From a virus, in IMG/VR virus record IMGVR_UViG_3300008954_000022, positions 1 through 64,000 of that record: a stretch of DNA of 64,000 nt. One strand, given 5' to 3'. Position numbers and translations under genes: made by a program. Below are positions 52,726-62,484 of the stretch, in pieces. The notes under the pieces were generated by a model. That model was not told where the DNA came from. It worked only from the letters and a program-made list of their open reading frames with translations, and searched no databases. Each line of letters starts with the position of its first letter. Positions within the stretch are counted from its first letter, which is position 1.

Positions 52726-54615
52726 ATGTCCAAGAATTTTACACTTGATCAACTAACAGAGGGCATCCGGCAGCGGCACCTCGGTTCTCAGAACCGTCGT
52801 CTCGTTGAGAAGTGGGCCCGCACCGGCCTCCTCCGTGGCCTTGAGGGTGTTCATCGAGAGAACATGTCCAGAATGCTTGAAAACCAGGCTGGCCAGCTAC
52901 TCCGTGAGCGTTCCACCCTGTCCACAGGAGCCAGCGCCCTAACCAACGCAAATGACATTGCGGGATTCACCAACGTGGCATTCCCAATCGTCCGCCGCGT
53001 GTTCGGCGGCCTGGTAGCCAATGAGCTGGTTTCTATCCAGCCCATGAGCCTACCTTCCGGCCTGCTGTTCTACCTCGACTACCAGTATGGCTCTGATGGC
53101 GGCGCTGATGCCTCCTCAACAGAGGCAGTCTACAGTCAGGGAGACTCCATCTATAACAGCCCAACCGGCAAGGGCGTACGCTCCGGTTCACTAGGAACCG
53201 GCGGCCAGTACGACCTCGCAGGCAGTGGCTTCTCGCGCGTACACAGCAATACAGACCTGGATGCTGATATTTTCCTCGCTTCCGGTTCGTATGTGGGTGC
53301 TGCTTCAGCCGGCGGAAACTGGTCTGATGGTGGCAAGCTTCACGCGACGGGATCTGATGGCAAGCTTCTCCAGTTCGATCCACAGATCGCTGCGCTGATT
53401 GAGGATGACCCCAATCGAGCGAACACTGGACAGTTCCAGGCAGTTGTCCTCAATCTGGGTAACGCCTGCTTCTCCAATGCGGACCTCACCCTGGTGAAGG
53501 ACATTGCGCTTCACTTCGGTGCTGCATCACCCAGCTCTGCATCCGGTCTTCCCAAGACGGTTCAGGGCGGTGTCGGTATCGTCAATGTGCGACGCCTCAA
53601 CCAGATTGGAACGTGGACGAACAACGTGTTCACTGCTGATCCTCTCGTTAATCGGGCATCCACCGGTGCAGCTCTGATGGCTGTTATCTCCGGATCGATG
53701 CTTGATGATGCAGATCGTCAGAAGCTTGAGGTCTCCGTCGTTCTGGATTCCGCATTGAACGCCTCGAACGGTGAGACCCTTGTGGTTCCCGCCTTTGAGT
53801 CGGACTTCGGTGCAACACCAACTCCGGCAATCCCAGAGATCGATATCAAGATCGAGTCGATCGCTGTGACAGCGGTAACCAGAAAGCTGCGTGCCAAGTG
53901 GTCACCAGAACTCGCTCAGGACCTGAACGCCTACCACAGCCTCGACGCTGAGGTGGAGCTAACCCAGATCCTCTCCGAGCAGATCGCCCTAGAGTTGGAC
54001 CGAGAGATTCTCAACGACCTGCTCACCCAGGCGAATGGTGCAAACCTCTACTGGAGTCGTGCACCTGGTAAGTTCGTCAACAAGGAGTCTGGCGCTGAGA
54101 TCAATCAGAGCTCCAGTCTCGCTCCTGGACCCTCCTTCACGGGAACCGTCCGCGAGTGGTATGAGACTCTCATTGAGACCGTCATTGACGTGGCAAACAC
54201 CATTCATCGCAAGACGCTGCGTGGTTCTGCTAACTTCGTCGTGGTCGGTCCCGATGTGGCGACTATCCTTGAGGCATCGGTCTTCTATCGTCCGTCCTAC
54301 ACCCTAGACGGTGAGGGACAGGTCAGTGGTCCGATCTCCCTGGGAGCCGAGAAGGTCGGTACCCTGAGCAATCGTTTCACGGTCTACAAGGACCCCTACT
54401 TCCCACGCAACAAGATTCTTGTTGGTTACAAGGGTGGTAGCTACCTTGAGACGGGATACGTCTACGCTCCGTACGTGCCGCTTATCGTCACCCCGACGAT
54501 CTTCGCACCCGAGGACTTCACTCCTCGCAAGGGCGTGATGACCCGTTACGGCAAGAAGATGGTTCGTTCCGATTTCTACGGAACAGTGACACTCATGGAT
54601 ATGAACGTCATCTAG
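52726..54615 (+). CDS. gp23: Major capsid protein (T4 gp23-like)
   Basis: FPIVRRVFGGLVANELVSIQPMSLPSGLLFYLD, TRKLRAKWSPELAQDLNAYHSLDAEVEL, YAPYVPL, FTPRKGVMTRYG; TAAGGAG upstream. Confidence 0.97.
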   Translation: MSKNFTLDQLTEGIRQRHLGSQNRRLVEKWARTGLLRGLEGVHRENMSRMLENQAGQLLRERSTLSTGASALTNANDIAGFTNVAFPIVRRVFGGLVANELVSIQPMSLPSGLLFYLDYQYGSDGGADASSTEAVYSQGDSIYNSPTGKGVRSGSLGTGGQYDLAGSGFSRVHSNTDLDADIFLASGSYVGAASAGGNWSDGGKLHATGSDGKLLQFDPQIAALIEDDPNRANTGQFQAVVLNLGNACFSNADLTLVKDIALHFGAASPSSASGLPKTVQGGVGIVNVRRLNQIGTWTNNVFTADPLVNRASTGAALMAVISGSMLDDADRQKLEVSVVLDSALNASNGETLVVPAFESDFGATPTPAIPEIDIKIESIAVTAVTRKLRAKWSPELAQDLNAYHSLDAEVELTQILSEQIALELDREILNDLLTQANGANLYWSRAPGKFVNKESGAEINQSSSLAPGPSFTGTVREWYETLIETVIDVANTIHRKTLRGSANFVVVGPDVATILEASVFYRPSYTLDGEGQVSGPISLGAEKVGTLSNRFTVYKDPYFPRNKILVGYKGGSYLETGYVYAPYVPLIVTPTIFAPEDFTPRKGVMTRYGKKMVRSDFYGTVTLMDMNVI

Positions 54616-54646
54616 ACCAAGTCCAGTTGATCCTCGGATCATGATC

Positions 54647-54682
54647 AGGGGCGCTTCCTTTGGAAGCGTCCCTTTTCTTTTT
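54647..54682 (+). terminator. Rho-independent terminator after the capsid gene
   Basis: AGGGGCGCTTCC-TTT-GGAAGCGTCCCT stem followed by TTTCTTTTT. Confidence 0.85.
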
Positions 54683-54708
54683 CCCTCCGAGGGCGATAGT
54701 TATGTGGT

Positions 54709-54960
54709 ATGGATAAGTGTGACTCCAAGAAAGGCCGCGCATCACTCAAGAAGCTGAGAGAGCTCACTAGCTCCCTCAACGATAGAGATAGCCAGCTAAA
54801 GAAGAACGCGAAAACCCTCTGGGTTGTTATAGAGTCACTCAGGGAAGTCCGAAATTTACTTTCCGACGAGAGCCCCGATATTCCGTGTGTTGTTGAACGT
54901 ATTGAGTCAGTTCTAGGGTTAGTTGAAACACACGGATGTAAGAGGGTTTGTGATGAGTGA
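54709..54960 (+). CDS. Small coiled-coil protein
   Basis: 83-aa ORF preceded by ATAGTTA at 54696-54702. Confidence 0.55.
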   Translation: MDKCDSKKGRASLKKLRELTSSLNDRDSQLKKNAKTLWVVIESLREVRNLLSDESPDIPCVVERIESVLGLVETHGCKRVCDE

Positions 54961-55282
54961 TGATACGCAGAATGGCTGGAATGAGTATTCGAGATTGGTG
55001 CTTAAGGAACTGGAGTCACTGGCAGAGAATATATCTGCTCTAAACAAGGAAATACAGGAGCTCAAGCAAGAGATTGCCCAGATGAGAGCCAAGGAAGATC
55101 GCGTCGAAGATCTCAAAGCATGGAAAGAGAAGGTCGATGAGGTTGCATCGCCGACACAGCTCAAGGAGCTGATGGACGAGGTACAATCTCTCAAGATATT
55201 CAAGACAAAGGCAATCACAGTGTTTGCAGTCATACAGTTTGGTATGGCGGCATCAATGTGGCTGCTTAAAATAGTCTCTTAA
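54953..55282 (+). CDS. Coiled-coil protein with a C-terminal transmembrane helix (holin/XhlA-like architecture)
   Basis: Heptad pattern followed by AITVFAVIQFGMAASMWLLKIV; ATG 54953 with GAGG upstream. Confidence 0.6.
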   Translation: MSDDTQNGWNEYSRLVLKELESLAENISALNKEIQELKQEIAQMRAKEDRVEDLKAWKEKVDEVASPTQLKELMDEVQSLKIFKTKAITVFAVIQFGMAASMWLLKIVS

Positions 55283-55297
55283 GAGAGAGGAGAGAAA

Positions 55298-55540
55298 ATG
55301 CCCGCAAAGAGTTTAACACCAAAGAAGGCTGCCAAGACAAAGTCAACCCCGACTAAAAAGGCCGTCAAGACCACTTCCGCATCGGAGGTGAAGGCACTAC
55401 GCACAGAGGTTAATGATCTCAAAGCACGCCTAGATTCACTAACTCACGTGTTACACACAGAATTTAGAACCCAGATGCGACATGGCACTCGACATGTTGC
55501 TAAGCGTCTGGCCCAAGAGGGGCTGGTCGACAACGACTAG
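55298..55540 (+). CDS. Small basic protein (K/A/T/P-rich N-terminus plus coiled coil)
   Basis: MPAKSLTPKKAAKTKSTPTKKAVK; GAGGAG upstream. Confidence 0.65.
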   Translation: MPAKSLTPKKAAKTKSTPTKKAVKTTSASEVKALRTEVNDLKARLDSLTHVLHTEFRTQMRHGTRHVAKRLAQEGLVDND

Positions 55541-55624
55541 CGCGATAACCTTAACATCAGATATTTTGAGGCTAAAATCAATTGAAGAGGCTTTACCTCT
55601 TGTGTCTGATAGGATTTTAAGAAA

Positions 55625-55822
55625 ATGTCAACATTCGAAAACGATCAGGTAGCTGCTCTTAATACGCTTATTGCTGTCGCACAAAGGGCCCAATCCCGCG
55701 GCGTGCTTTCGCTCGATGAGGCAGCTGCTACCCTTGCTGCAATTCGTGTCTTTGTTCCTGCTGAGGCGCCTGCTGATGGCGCCGCCGCGGATGAGACCCA
55801 AGATAATTCTTCCGAAGAGTAG
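55625..55822 (+). CDS. Small hypothetical protein
   Basis: 65-aa ORF with AGGA upstream; ALNTLIAVAQRAQSRGVLSLDEAA. Confidence 0.65.
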   Translation: MSTFENDQVAALNTLIAVAQRAQSRGVLSLDEAAATLAAIRVFVPAEAPADGAAADETQDNSSEE

Positions 55823-55857
55823 CAAGCTCTAGGGTTATCCCAACCATCGCCAGGCGG

Positions 55858-55887
55858 AGTGTCACTAAATTACATGGCACTTTTTTC
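55858..55887 (+). terminator. Possible Rho-independent terminator
   Basis: AGTGTCA-(10 nt)-TGGCACT stem followed by a T run. Confidence 0.45.
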
Positions 55888-55917
55888 TTAGGCCTCTGAC
55901 GTCACCCTCTGACTCAC

Positions 55918-55924
55918 ATATTTA
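55918..55924 (+). promoter_or_regulatory. Putative late promoter motif ATATTTA
   Basis: Between the possible terminator and the neck gene start at 55960. Confidence 0.5.
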
Positions 55925-55959
55925 GTGATGTTAGATGAAGGACTACGTCGGAGACTTAC

Positions 55960-57132
55960 ATGGCAACATTTGCAGATACACTGAATCCAACGCCCTTTGG
56001 GCTCTTTGATTCTGACGGTAATTTTCAGCTTGAGGCTGACGCTATGGTGACCTTTGTAAAGAGGAAGCTGGGTGATGATATTCTCAGCGTCGAGCTGACC
56101 AAGAAGCAGGTGTGGGCGTGCTTTGAGGAGTCGTTCTGTGAGTACGGCTCAATAATCAATCAGTATCAAGCTCGTTCCCAGCTGGCAAATCTCCTCGGCG
56201 CGCCTACAGGATCGTTCCTATCAGGCACGGAACAGAAGTTTCCCAGGGAAAATCTGGAGTTTATGCTCCGCCGCGGCGAGCCGTATGCCATGGAGGCCGG
56301 TCTCGGAGGCTCCTACAATACGATATCAGGTAGTATCTCTCTGGAGAAGAATAGGCAGGACTACGATATCTACACAGAGCTCAAGGATGAGGATGGTAAT
56401 CTAATCACAGCTAATGCTGCCAACAGTCCACAGACTAAGATGAAGATAATGGAGGTGTTCCACTTCTCTCCTCATGCAGCTTACAGGTTCTTTGACACAT
56501 CATCAGCTATCAACTATCTCAACAATGAATTCTCATTTGAGTCGTTCACTCCGGAGACTGTTTTCTACGTCCTTCCGGTCTTTGAGGATGTGCTGAGGGG
56601 AGGGATGTTAAGCATGTCGTCCAAGGTGCGTCGTTCGAACTATTCCTACAAGATCGTGGGAACCAAGATACGTCTCTTTCCAATGCCCACGTCCTCTGAT
56701 CCAAAGAAGCTGTGGATTCGTATTGCGTTCTCACCAGATCCCCTGCACCCAGGTTACACAGATGATACGATATATGGAGTCAGCAATCTCTCCAATGTTC
56801 CCTTTGGTGATCTGCTGTACGCTAGGGTCAATAGCATTGGGAGACAGTGGGTTAGACAGTACACACTCGCACTCTGCAAGGAGCTTCTCGGTTTAGTGAG
56901 GTCTAAGTTCTCCAGCATTCCTATCCCTGGCTCCGATCTAACACTCAATGGCACAGACCTGGTAACACAGGGCAGGGAGGAGCAGGAGAATCTCAAGACA
57001 AAATTATCTGAGATGCTCACAGAGCTGACGTATGACAAGATGCTGGAATCGGAGGCCTCGGCCGCCGAGAACCTGCAGAGAATTCTTAGACAGATACCCA
57101 TACCCAATGGTAAAGCCATCATAATGGGCTAA
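55960..57132 (+). CDS. gp13: Neck/head-tail adaptor protein (T4 gp13-like)
   Basis: FVKRKLGDDILSVELTKKQV; WVRQYTLALCKELLGLVRSKF..IPIPG...TLNG..L...G.EE. Confidence 0.85.
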   Translation: MATFADTLNPTPFGLFDSDGNFQLEADAMVTFVKRKLGDDILSVELTKKQVWACFEESFCEYGSIINQYQARSQLANLLGAPTGSFLSGTEQKFPRENLEFMLRRGEPYAMEAGLGGSYNTISGSISLEKNRQDYDIYTELKDEDGNLITANAANSPQTKMKIMEVFHFSPHAAYRFFDTSSAINYLNNEFSFESFTPETVFYVLPVFEDVLRGGMLSMSSKVRRSNYSYKIVGTKIRLFPMPTSSDPKKLWIRIAFSPDPLHPGYTDDTIYGVSNLSNVPFGDLLYARVNSIGRQWVRQYTLALCKELLGLVRSKFSSIPIPGSDLTLNGTDLVTQGREEQENLKTKLSEMLTELTYDKMLESEASAAENLQRILRQIPIPNGKAIIMG

Positions 57133-57143
57133 GGAGCACTTAG

Positions 57144-57806
57144 GTGGCAAGACTTTTCATTACACCCCGAGAGATCGATTTTATCTCCGACATAACAAAG
57201 GAGATAACCAAGGATGTCATGGGACAGAAGATCTACTACTACCACGTGAGGGAGGACCTCACGGAGGTACACGAGATCTACGAGGAGGCCATTGACAAGG
57301 TCTTTGATCCCCCGATTGAGATGGAGGGAATGGTAGAGTGGCAACCTGAGGAGTTCTCAACCACACGATACGGCAGTGAGGAGTCAACAAAGATAAGTGT
57401 CTACCTCCACGCGAGGGACCTTCTCGACAAGGACCTCGAGGCGAAGGAGGGAGATTATTTTAGCTATGGGACAGTGTTCTTTGAGGTGACATCAGTGATT
57501 GCTGACAAGCAGATATTCGGTCAGGTGGAGCATCTCACAGGATTCAAGATAGCGGGTGTCCAGGCCCGTGAGGGACAGATAAATGTGAGGCCTCACGGCC
57601 CACTTTCAGAGTCACTCACTGACGAAGATGCTGTACAGACAACGTTCGCGCAGCAACGCGGGGCCCCGGAAAACAGTCTGGGTGAGACAGGAGACGTGAG
57701 GCAGCTCCAGGCAAATGGCAAGCTAGATAAACCAATTACGGGACCAAAAGAGGTTGCAAGTAAGGGTGGAATAGCAACCACAGATTCGTCATTCTACGGT
57801 GATTAG
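57144..57806 (+). CDS. Neck/head-closure protein (gp14-like)
   Basis: Follows the gp13-like gene; GQKIYYY...EIYEEA..KVF....E, EGDYF. Confidence 0.65.
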   Translation: MARLFITPREIDFISDITKEITKDVMGQKIYYYHVREDLTEVHEIYEEAIDKVFDPPIEMEGMVEWQPEEFSTTRYGSEESTKISVYLHARDLLDKDLEAKEGDYFSYGTVFFEVTSVIADKQIFGQVEHLTGFKIAGVQAREGQINVRPHGPLSESLTDEDAVQTTFAQQRGAPENSLGETGDVRQLQANGKLDKPITGPKEVASKGGIATTDSSFYGD

Positions 57807-57824
57807 TGAGAGAGGGAGGATATT

Positions 57825-59189
57825 ATGACGACTAGACACGATAAGGCCACGATGACAGGAGACTTCATCCGCAGTGGCTACGAGGGTTTTGACACTCCCG
57901 ATGACTTCACCATTCCACCCTGCACAATAGAGGATGTGGATCGCGCTGTCTTTCATCTCTTCGACAAGAAAATACCCTTTCAGTATAAACGTCGTGAGGA
58001 AGTAAAGAGTGTGCCTGTTATCTTCGCTACTGGAGAGCGTTTTGCTGTGCTCCGAAGAAAGAGGCCGCTTCGTGATAAGAATAATGCACTAATTCTCCCA
58101 CTAGTGTCCATCTTAAGGTCAGGGGTGACCCAAGATTCTAACCCAGGAATGGGACCGGGCCAGGGTGGCCCGCAGATGATTAAGAAAAGAATCTCGAAAG
58201 AGTCAGATGTCTATCAGCGCCTAATGAACACACATGGTCTAGTCAATCAGGATAGTGTTGCTGCAGTAGGACACAGGGTCGCCACAGGTCCTGTGACAGG
58301 ATCCCTACCTGGTACAGTGGCCAAGCGCGAGGGTAACACCCAGCAGTCACTGAGCAGCCGCCGTGGGCATCTTCTGACACCCTCCCTCGGGTCTGACGTC
58401 TACGAGATCTTGACGATGCCTCCTGTCAAGTACTACACTGTCACCTACGATGTGACCTTCTGGGCTCAGTATACCCAGGAGATGAACGACATGCTTATGA
58501 CGATGATGAGTGTGTATCAGGACAATAGACGCAGAACGTTCAAACTAGTAACAGATAAAGGGTACTGGTTTGTGGCATACGTCGGTGCTGATCTCTCACC
58601 CGGCAATAACTATGATGACTTCACCGACTCAGAGCGTCTTGTGCGCTACAACTTTGAAGTTCGAGTGACAGCTTACTTGATAGCACCTGACTACTCTGGG
58701 GCCCCAGCGCCCATACGAAGGTTTATATCCGCACCATCCGTATCATTTGAGACGACGCAAGTAGCAGGACCAACTGTGGGGATACCTATCAGCACACCTC
58801 CCTCTGGAGATCCGAGTGCTTATATTCTGGATGATCTGGCAACCACAGACGATCCCAACCCTGGCCAGGGAATGGGAACAGACTCCAGTCAGGCAGCTGT
58901 CTCCCTTGCGGGAGGTAGATTGGCAGGATCTGCGCCATCAGCTCAGGAGGGATCTGTAGTTGGTAGCAAAGTATCTGTTCAGCGAGGACTCACCGCTTCT
59001 GAGAAGGCTTCTGGCGCGAATCTTGGAGGCTTCAATTCCGGGCCCGCGGGAGTCAATCTCGTGAGGTCAGAGAAGGACCCATTTACGGGTAAACAGAGAA
59101 AGACAATCATTCGAATTAAGTCCCGAAATCAAAGAAAGGGAGAGACCGTTTATCGTGAAGGAATAAATATCGATCTAGGAAAGCTCTAA
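57825..59189 (+). CDS. Tail completion/sheath stabiliser (gp15-like)
   Basis: VPVIFATGERF, LILPLVSILR, YDVTFWAQYTQEMN; lies between neck and sheath genes. Confidence 0.65.
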   Translation: MTTRHDKATMTGDFIRSGYEGFDTPDDFTIPPCTIEDVDRAVFHLFDKKIPFQYKRREEVKSVPVIFATGERFAVLRRKRPLRDKNNALILPLVSILRSGVTQDSNPGMGPGQGGPQMIKKRISKESDVYQRLMNTHGLVNQDSVAAVGHRVATGPVTGSLPGTVAKREGNTQQSLSSRRGHLLTPSLGSDVYEILTMPPVKYYTVTYDVTFWAQYTQEMNDMLMTMMSVYQDNRRRTFKLVTDKGYWFVAYVGADLSPGNNYDDFTDSERLVRYNFEVRVTAYLIAPDYSGAPAPIRRFISAPSVSFETTQVAGPTVGIPISTPPSGDPSAYILDDLATTDDPNPGQGMGTDSSQAAVSLAGGRLAGSAPSAQEGSVVGSKVSVQRGLTASEKASGANLGGFNSGPAGVNLVRSEKDPFTGKQRKTIIRIKSRNQRKGETVYREGINIDLGKL

Positions 59190-59226
59190 CTACCCCATAC
59201 GAAGGGGAACTTTGGGCGCGCCCTCA

Positions 59227-59233
59227 ATACTTA
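59227..59233 (+). promoter_or_regulatory. Putative late promoter motif ATACTTA
   Basis: ~35 nt upstream of sheath 1 start, ahead of TAAGGAG. Confidence 0.55.
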
Positions 59234-59268
59234 TCCTACGATGACATGAGTCTAAGGAGATACATTCA

Positions 59269-62200
59269 ATGGCCGAGCAGACATTCAGATCACCTGGGTT
59301 TTTCGAACAGGAGATAGATCTTTCCGCAAGGCGTGCCACTCCTCTCGGAACACCAGCTGGTGTAATTGGCACCGCTGAAAGGGGACCCGCTTTCGTCCCA
59401 GTAACGCTGGGATCTCTGGCAGACTTCGAGGCCAGATTTGGCTCACTGCACAGAAATCGATTCGGGCCGTACGCCGTGCGCGAGTTTCTTAAGAACAAGA
59501 CATCCTTAACCTATATTAGAGTTTTGGGTGCAGGTTCTAATGAGACAACCACAGATATAACAACTACAGACAACGAGGGAACTGTAAAGCATGCAGGTTT
59601 TCGCCTGGTGTCGACAGCTTTGGGGGTAGACGACAAGATCGATGCCGGCCACAATGGTGTCGTCCAGTTCTTGTGTGCAACACATGCCCTTCGAACTCTA
59701 GACGGTGGGGAAGCCGCAGGCTATCCGATGTTCAGCGACAATGATAGCTTCGCTGAGCGAGGCGGCGACGACAAGGTAAATCTTGTTCGTGCTGTGCTTT
59801 TCACCCCGACGGGATCTCGACTTGAGGTTTTCGACGGAGATCAGCAGTATTCGAATTACGCTGCTGATATTGATGATGTAGCATCACCTGTTGACATTGG
59901 CTCCGGCGCAGGAGGTCACTTCAAGCTAGCAATATCCTCTTCAGTGGGCACATCTTTTGCCAATGATGAGGGGTATGCGGGTGTGAGAATCTACACAGCT
60001 TCTCTCGATCCTAACAACGGACAGTACATTGGAAAGATTCTCAACACAGACCCACACAAGTTCCAGGAGGAGCATCACCTTCTCTATCTTGATTTTGCTG
60101 TAGAGGATGAGATAGCCTCAGTTGGAACAGTGGCTAGCTCTGTTGCGATCCTGTCCGGATCTGGACATGCGACCTCTGGAGGTGGTGATACCTCAACAGT
60201 CTTCCGCGACCTCTTTGGAAGGTTTGACACGAGGTACACAACACCGAGAACCCCATCAATAATCTCTCAGCCGTACGGATCGACTGAGTTCGATCTCTTT
60301 CACTTCGAGACAATTAGTGACGGCGCGTGGGGCAATAATAAGTTCAAGGTTTCGATTGCCAATCTCCGCGCATCGGTAGATCCCAATAATGATTTCGGCA
60401 TCTTCGAGGTCCAGGTTCGTAGTTTTGGAGACACAGATCACAACAAGGAGATCCTCGAGACATTCCCAGAGTGTAGCCTGGATCCCAATCACGAGAATTA
60501 TGTCGCCCGAAAGGTTGGCGACAAGAAGGTCTACTGGAACTTCGACGCCGCGGACGAGGACGAGCAACGCTTGGTGATTAGGGGCAAGTATCCTAATCGA
60601 TCATCAAGAATTCGAATCGTCATGAATTCTGCTGTTGAGGAAGAAAAGATTCCGGCTGACGCTCTGCCTTTCGGCTTCCGAGGCGTACCGGTTCTCAAGA
60701 CTTCAGATTCAATGATGGATCTTCAAGAGAACATTCTAACAGATAACAAGGGCGCAAATCTTGGTGAGTCTCGAAATAGACTGGACGGTGAGTTCTCATC
60801 TCTGGCACACGAGATTCAGGCACTAAGTGGTTCAATTGTTCCACCGCTTCCCATGCGCTTTAAGTGCACTCGAGGCGCTGTGGATTCAACCCCGACAACC
60901 TACTTGGGAGAGGTGGGAACCAATGAGCGTTCTGATAGCCGCCTCTACTGGGGCGTCAAGTTTGAACGCCTCCCAGTGACGTCCTCAGCTCCGGGTGGAT
61001 CTGTTACAAACTCGATCCTCAAGGCAAATCAGGGCGGTCTGGCGAACCCACTAGTATCTGCTTACGCCAAGTTCAACGGAATTCAGAAGCTAGACACTCT
61101 AGTTACTGGCTCTGGCGCAGACTACTTCAACAATAACAAGTTCACGCTCGCGCGCGTGGCCCTCTACAATCAGCTTAGCAGCGGTCACATCACGGACGTG
61201 TCAGGGACAGCTAAGGAGCACATGCTCGAGACAGTCTACGTCCGGAACGGTAACCCCAATCCCTCGACGTACGTTGTTGATGATAGTGTGAGAAAGAATC
61301 GCATCTCTCTCGCTACGTTGGTTCACTCGTCCTCGACGGTGTTCAATCGCTTCACTGAGTATGCGAAGTTCACGACGATGTTCTACGGTGGTTTCGACGG
61401 CCTTAACATTCTGGACAAGGACTCACACCTGATGAACGATCGGGCATCCTCCTCAGATGCCGGCGGAAAGGCACAGGCCGCGGCCAGTGTCGACATCGGC
61501 CTCCCGGCTGTGGCAACACTCAACCAGATGGGCGAGGGTAAGAAGAACAACGTGGTGAACTCCTTCCGAGTCGCCACAAGAATTTTAACGGACCCGATGG
61601 CATCCAACATCAACATCCTGGCAATTCCAGGCATGCGGGATACGTTCATCACAGACTACGCCTTGGAGAGGGTCAAGGACTACTCTATGGCATTCTATCT
61701 GATGGATGTTCTCAAGTATGACTCTTCTGAGAATCGCCTCTTTGACGATGACAAGAATAAGGTCGACGTTCGAGAGGTTGCTGAGCAGCTAGATTCCAGA
61801 GCCTTGGATAACAACTACGCTGCAACGTACTTCCCAGATGTGTATGTGAAGGATCCCGTCAACGGTACAACGATCAAGGTTCCGGCCTCTGTGGCAGCTT
61901 TTGGTGCCCTGGCCTTCAATGACAAGGTCTCATTCCCATGGTTCGCTCCTGCTGGTTTCAACCGAGGAGCACTGGAAAATGTTGCTAACGTCGATGTGAG
62001 GCTAAACTCTGCGGATAGGGACACACTCTATGATGCTAGGATCAATCCTATCGCCGTGTTCCCCGCAGGAGGCTTCGTAATCTTTGGGCAGAAAACCCTG
62101 CAGATGGCCAAGTCGGCACTGGATCGAGTTAACGTCCGACGGATGCTTCTCGAGGTGAAACGCCTGGTGGTCCAGGTTGCCAATCGTCTGCTGTTCGAGC

Positions 62201-62436
62201 AGAACAACTCGTCAACCCGTTCACGATTTGTGAATCAGGTAACACCCCTGCTGGCACTGGTCCAGGCCCAAGCGGGCATCGAGAGTTTCAATGTTGTCTG
62301 TGATGACACCAACAACTCATCGGTGGACGTCGAGGCAAATAAGATGAATGGACGAATTGTTGTTGTTCCCACACGAGCTGTGGAGTTCATCGCGATAGAC
62401 TTCATCATTACCAACAGCGGGGTTTCGTTTGAGTAA
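59269..62436 (+). CDS. gp18: Tail sheath protein 1 (gp18-like)
   Basis: FRSPGFFEQEIDLS, GVIGTAERGPAFVP; C-terminal PWFAPAGFNRG, RDTLYDARINPI, GQKTLQ...SALDRVNVRRML, PTRAVEFIAIDF. Confidence 0.95.
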   Translation: MAEQTFRSPGFFEQEIDLSARRATPLGTPAGVIGTAERGPAFVPVTLGSLADFEARFGSLHRNRFGPYAVREFLKNKTSLTYIRVLGAGSNETTTDITTTDNEGTVKHAGFRLVSTALGVDDKIDAGHNGVVQFLCATHALRTLDGGEAAGYPMFSDNDSFAERGGDDKVNLVRAVLFTPTGSRLEVFDGDQQYSNYAADIDDVASPVDIGSGAGGHFKLAISSSVGTSFANDEGYAGVRIYTASLDPNNGQYIGKILNTDPHKFQEEHHLLYLDFAVEDEIASVGTVASSVAILSGSGHATSGGGDTSTVFRDLFGRFDTRYTTPRTPSIISQPYGSTEFDLFHFETISDGAWGNNKFKVSIANLRASVDPNNDFGIFEVQVRSFGDTDHNKEILETFPECSLDPNHENYVARKVGDKKVYWNFDAADEDEQRLVIRGKYPNRSSRIRIVMNSAVEEEKIPADALPFGFRGVPVLKTSDSMMDLQENILTDNKGANLGESRNRLDGEFSSLAHEIQALSGSIVPPLPMRFKCTRGAVDSTPTTYLGEVGTNERSDSRLYWGVKFERLPVTSSAPGGSVTNSILKANQGGLANPLVSAYAKFNGIQKLDTLVTGSGADYFNNNKFTLARVALYNQLSSGHITDVSGTAKEHMLETVYVRNGNPNPSTYVVDDSVRKNRISLATLVHSSSTVFNRFTEYAKFTTMFYGGFDGLNILDKDSHLMNDRASSSDAGGKAQAAASVDIGLPAVATLNQMGEGKKNNVVNSFRVATRILTDPMASNINILAIPGMRDTFITDYALERVKDYSMAFYLMDVLKYDSSENRLFDDDKNKVDVREVAEQLDSRALDNNYAATYFPDVYVKDPVNGTTIKVPASVAAFGALAFNDKVSFPWFAPAGFNRGALENVANVDVRLNSADRDTLYDARINPIAVFPAGGFVIFGQKTLQMAKSALDRVNVRRMLLEVKRLVVQVANRLLFEQNNSSTRSRFVNQVTPLLALVQAQAGIESFNVVCDDTNNSSVDVEANKMNGRIVVVPTRAVEFIAIDFIITNSGVSFE

Positions 62437-62484
62437 TGAATACGTATAGTAAGACTGACAGACGTACAGTTAGGAGCATAAAGA

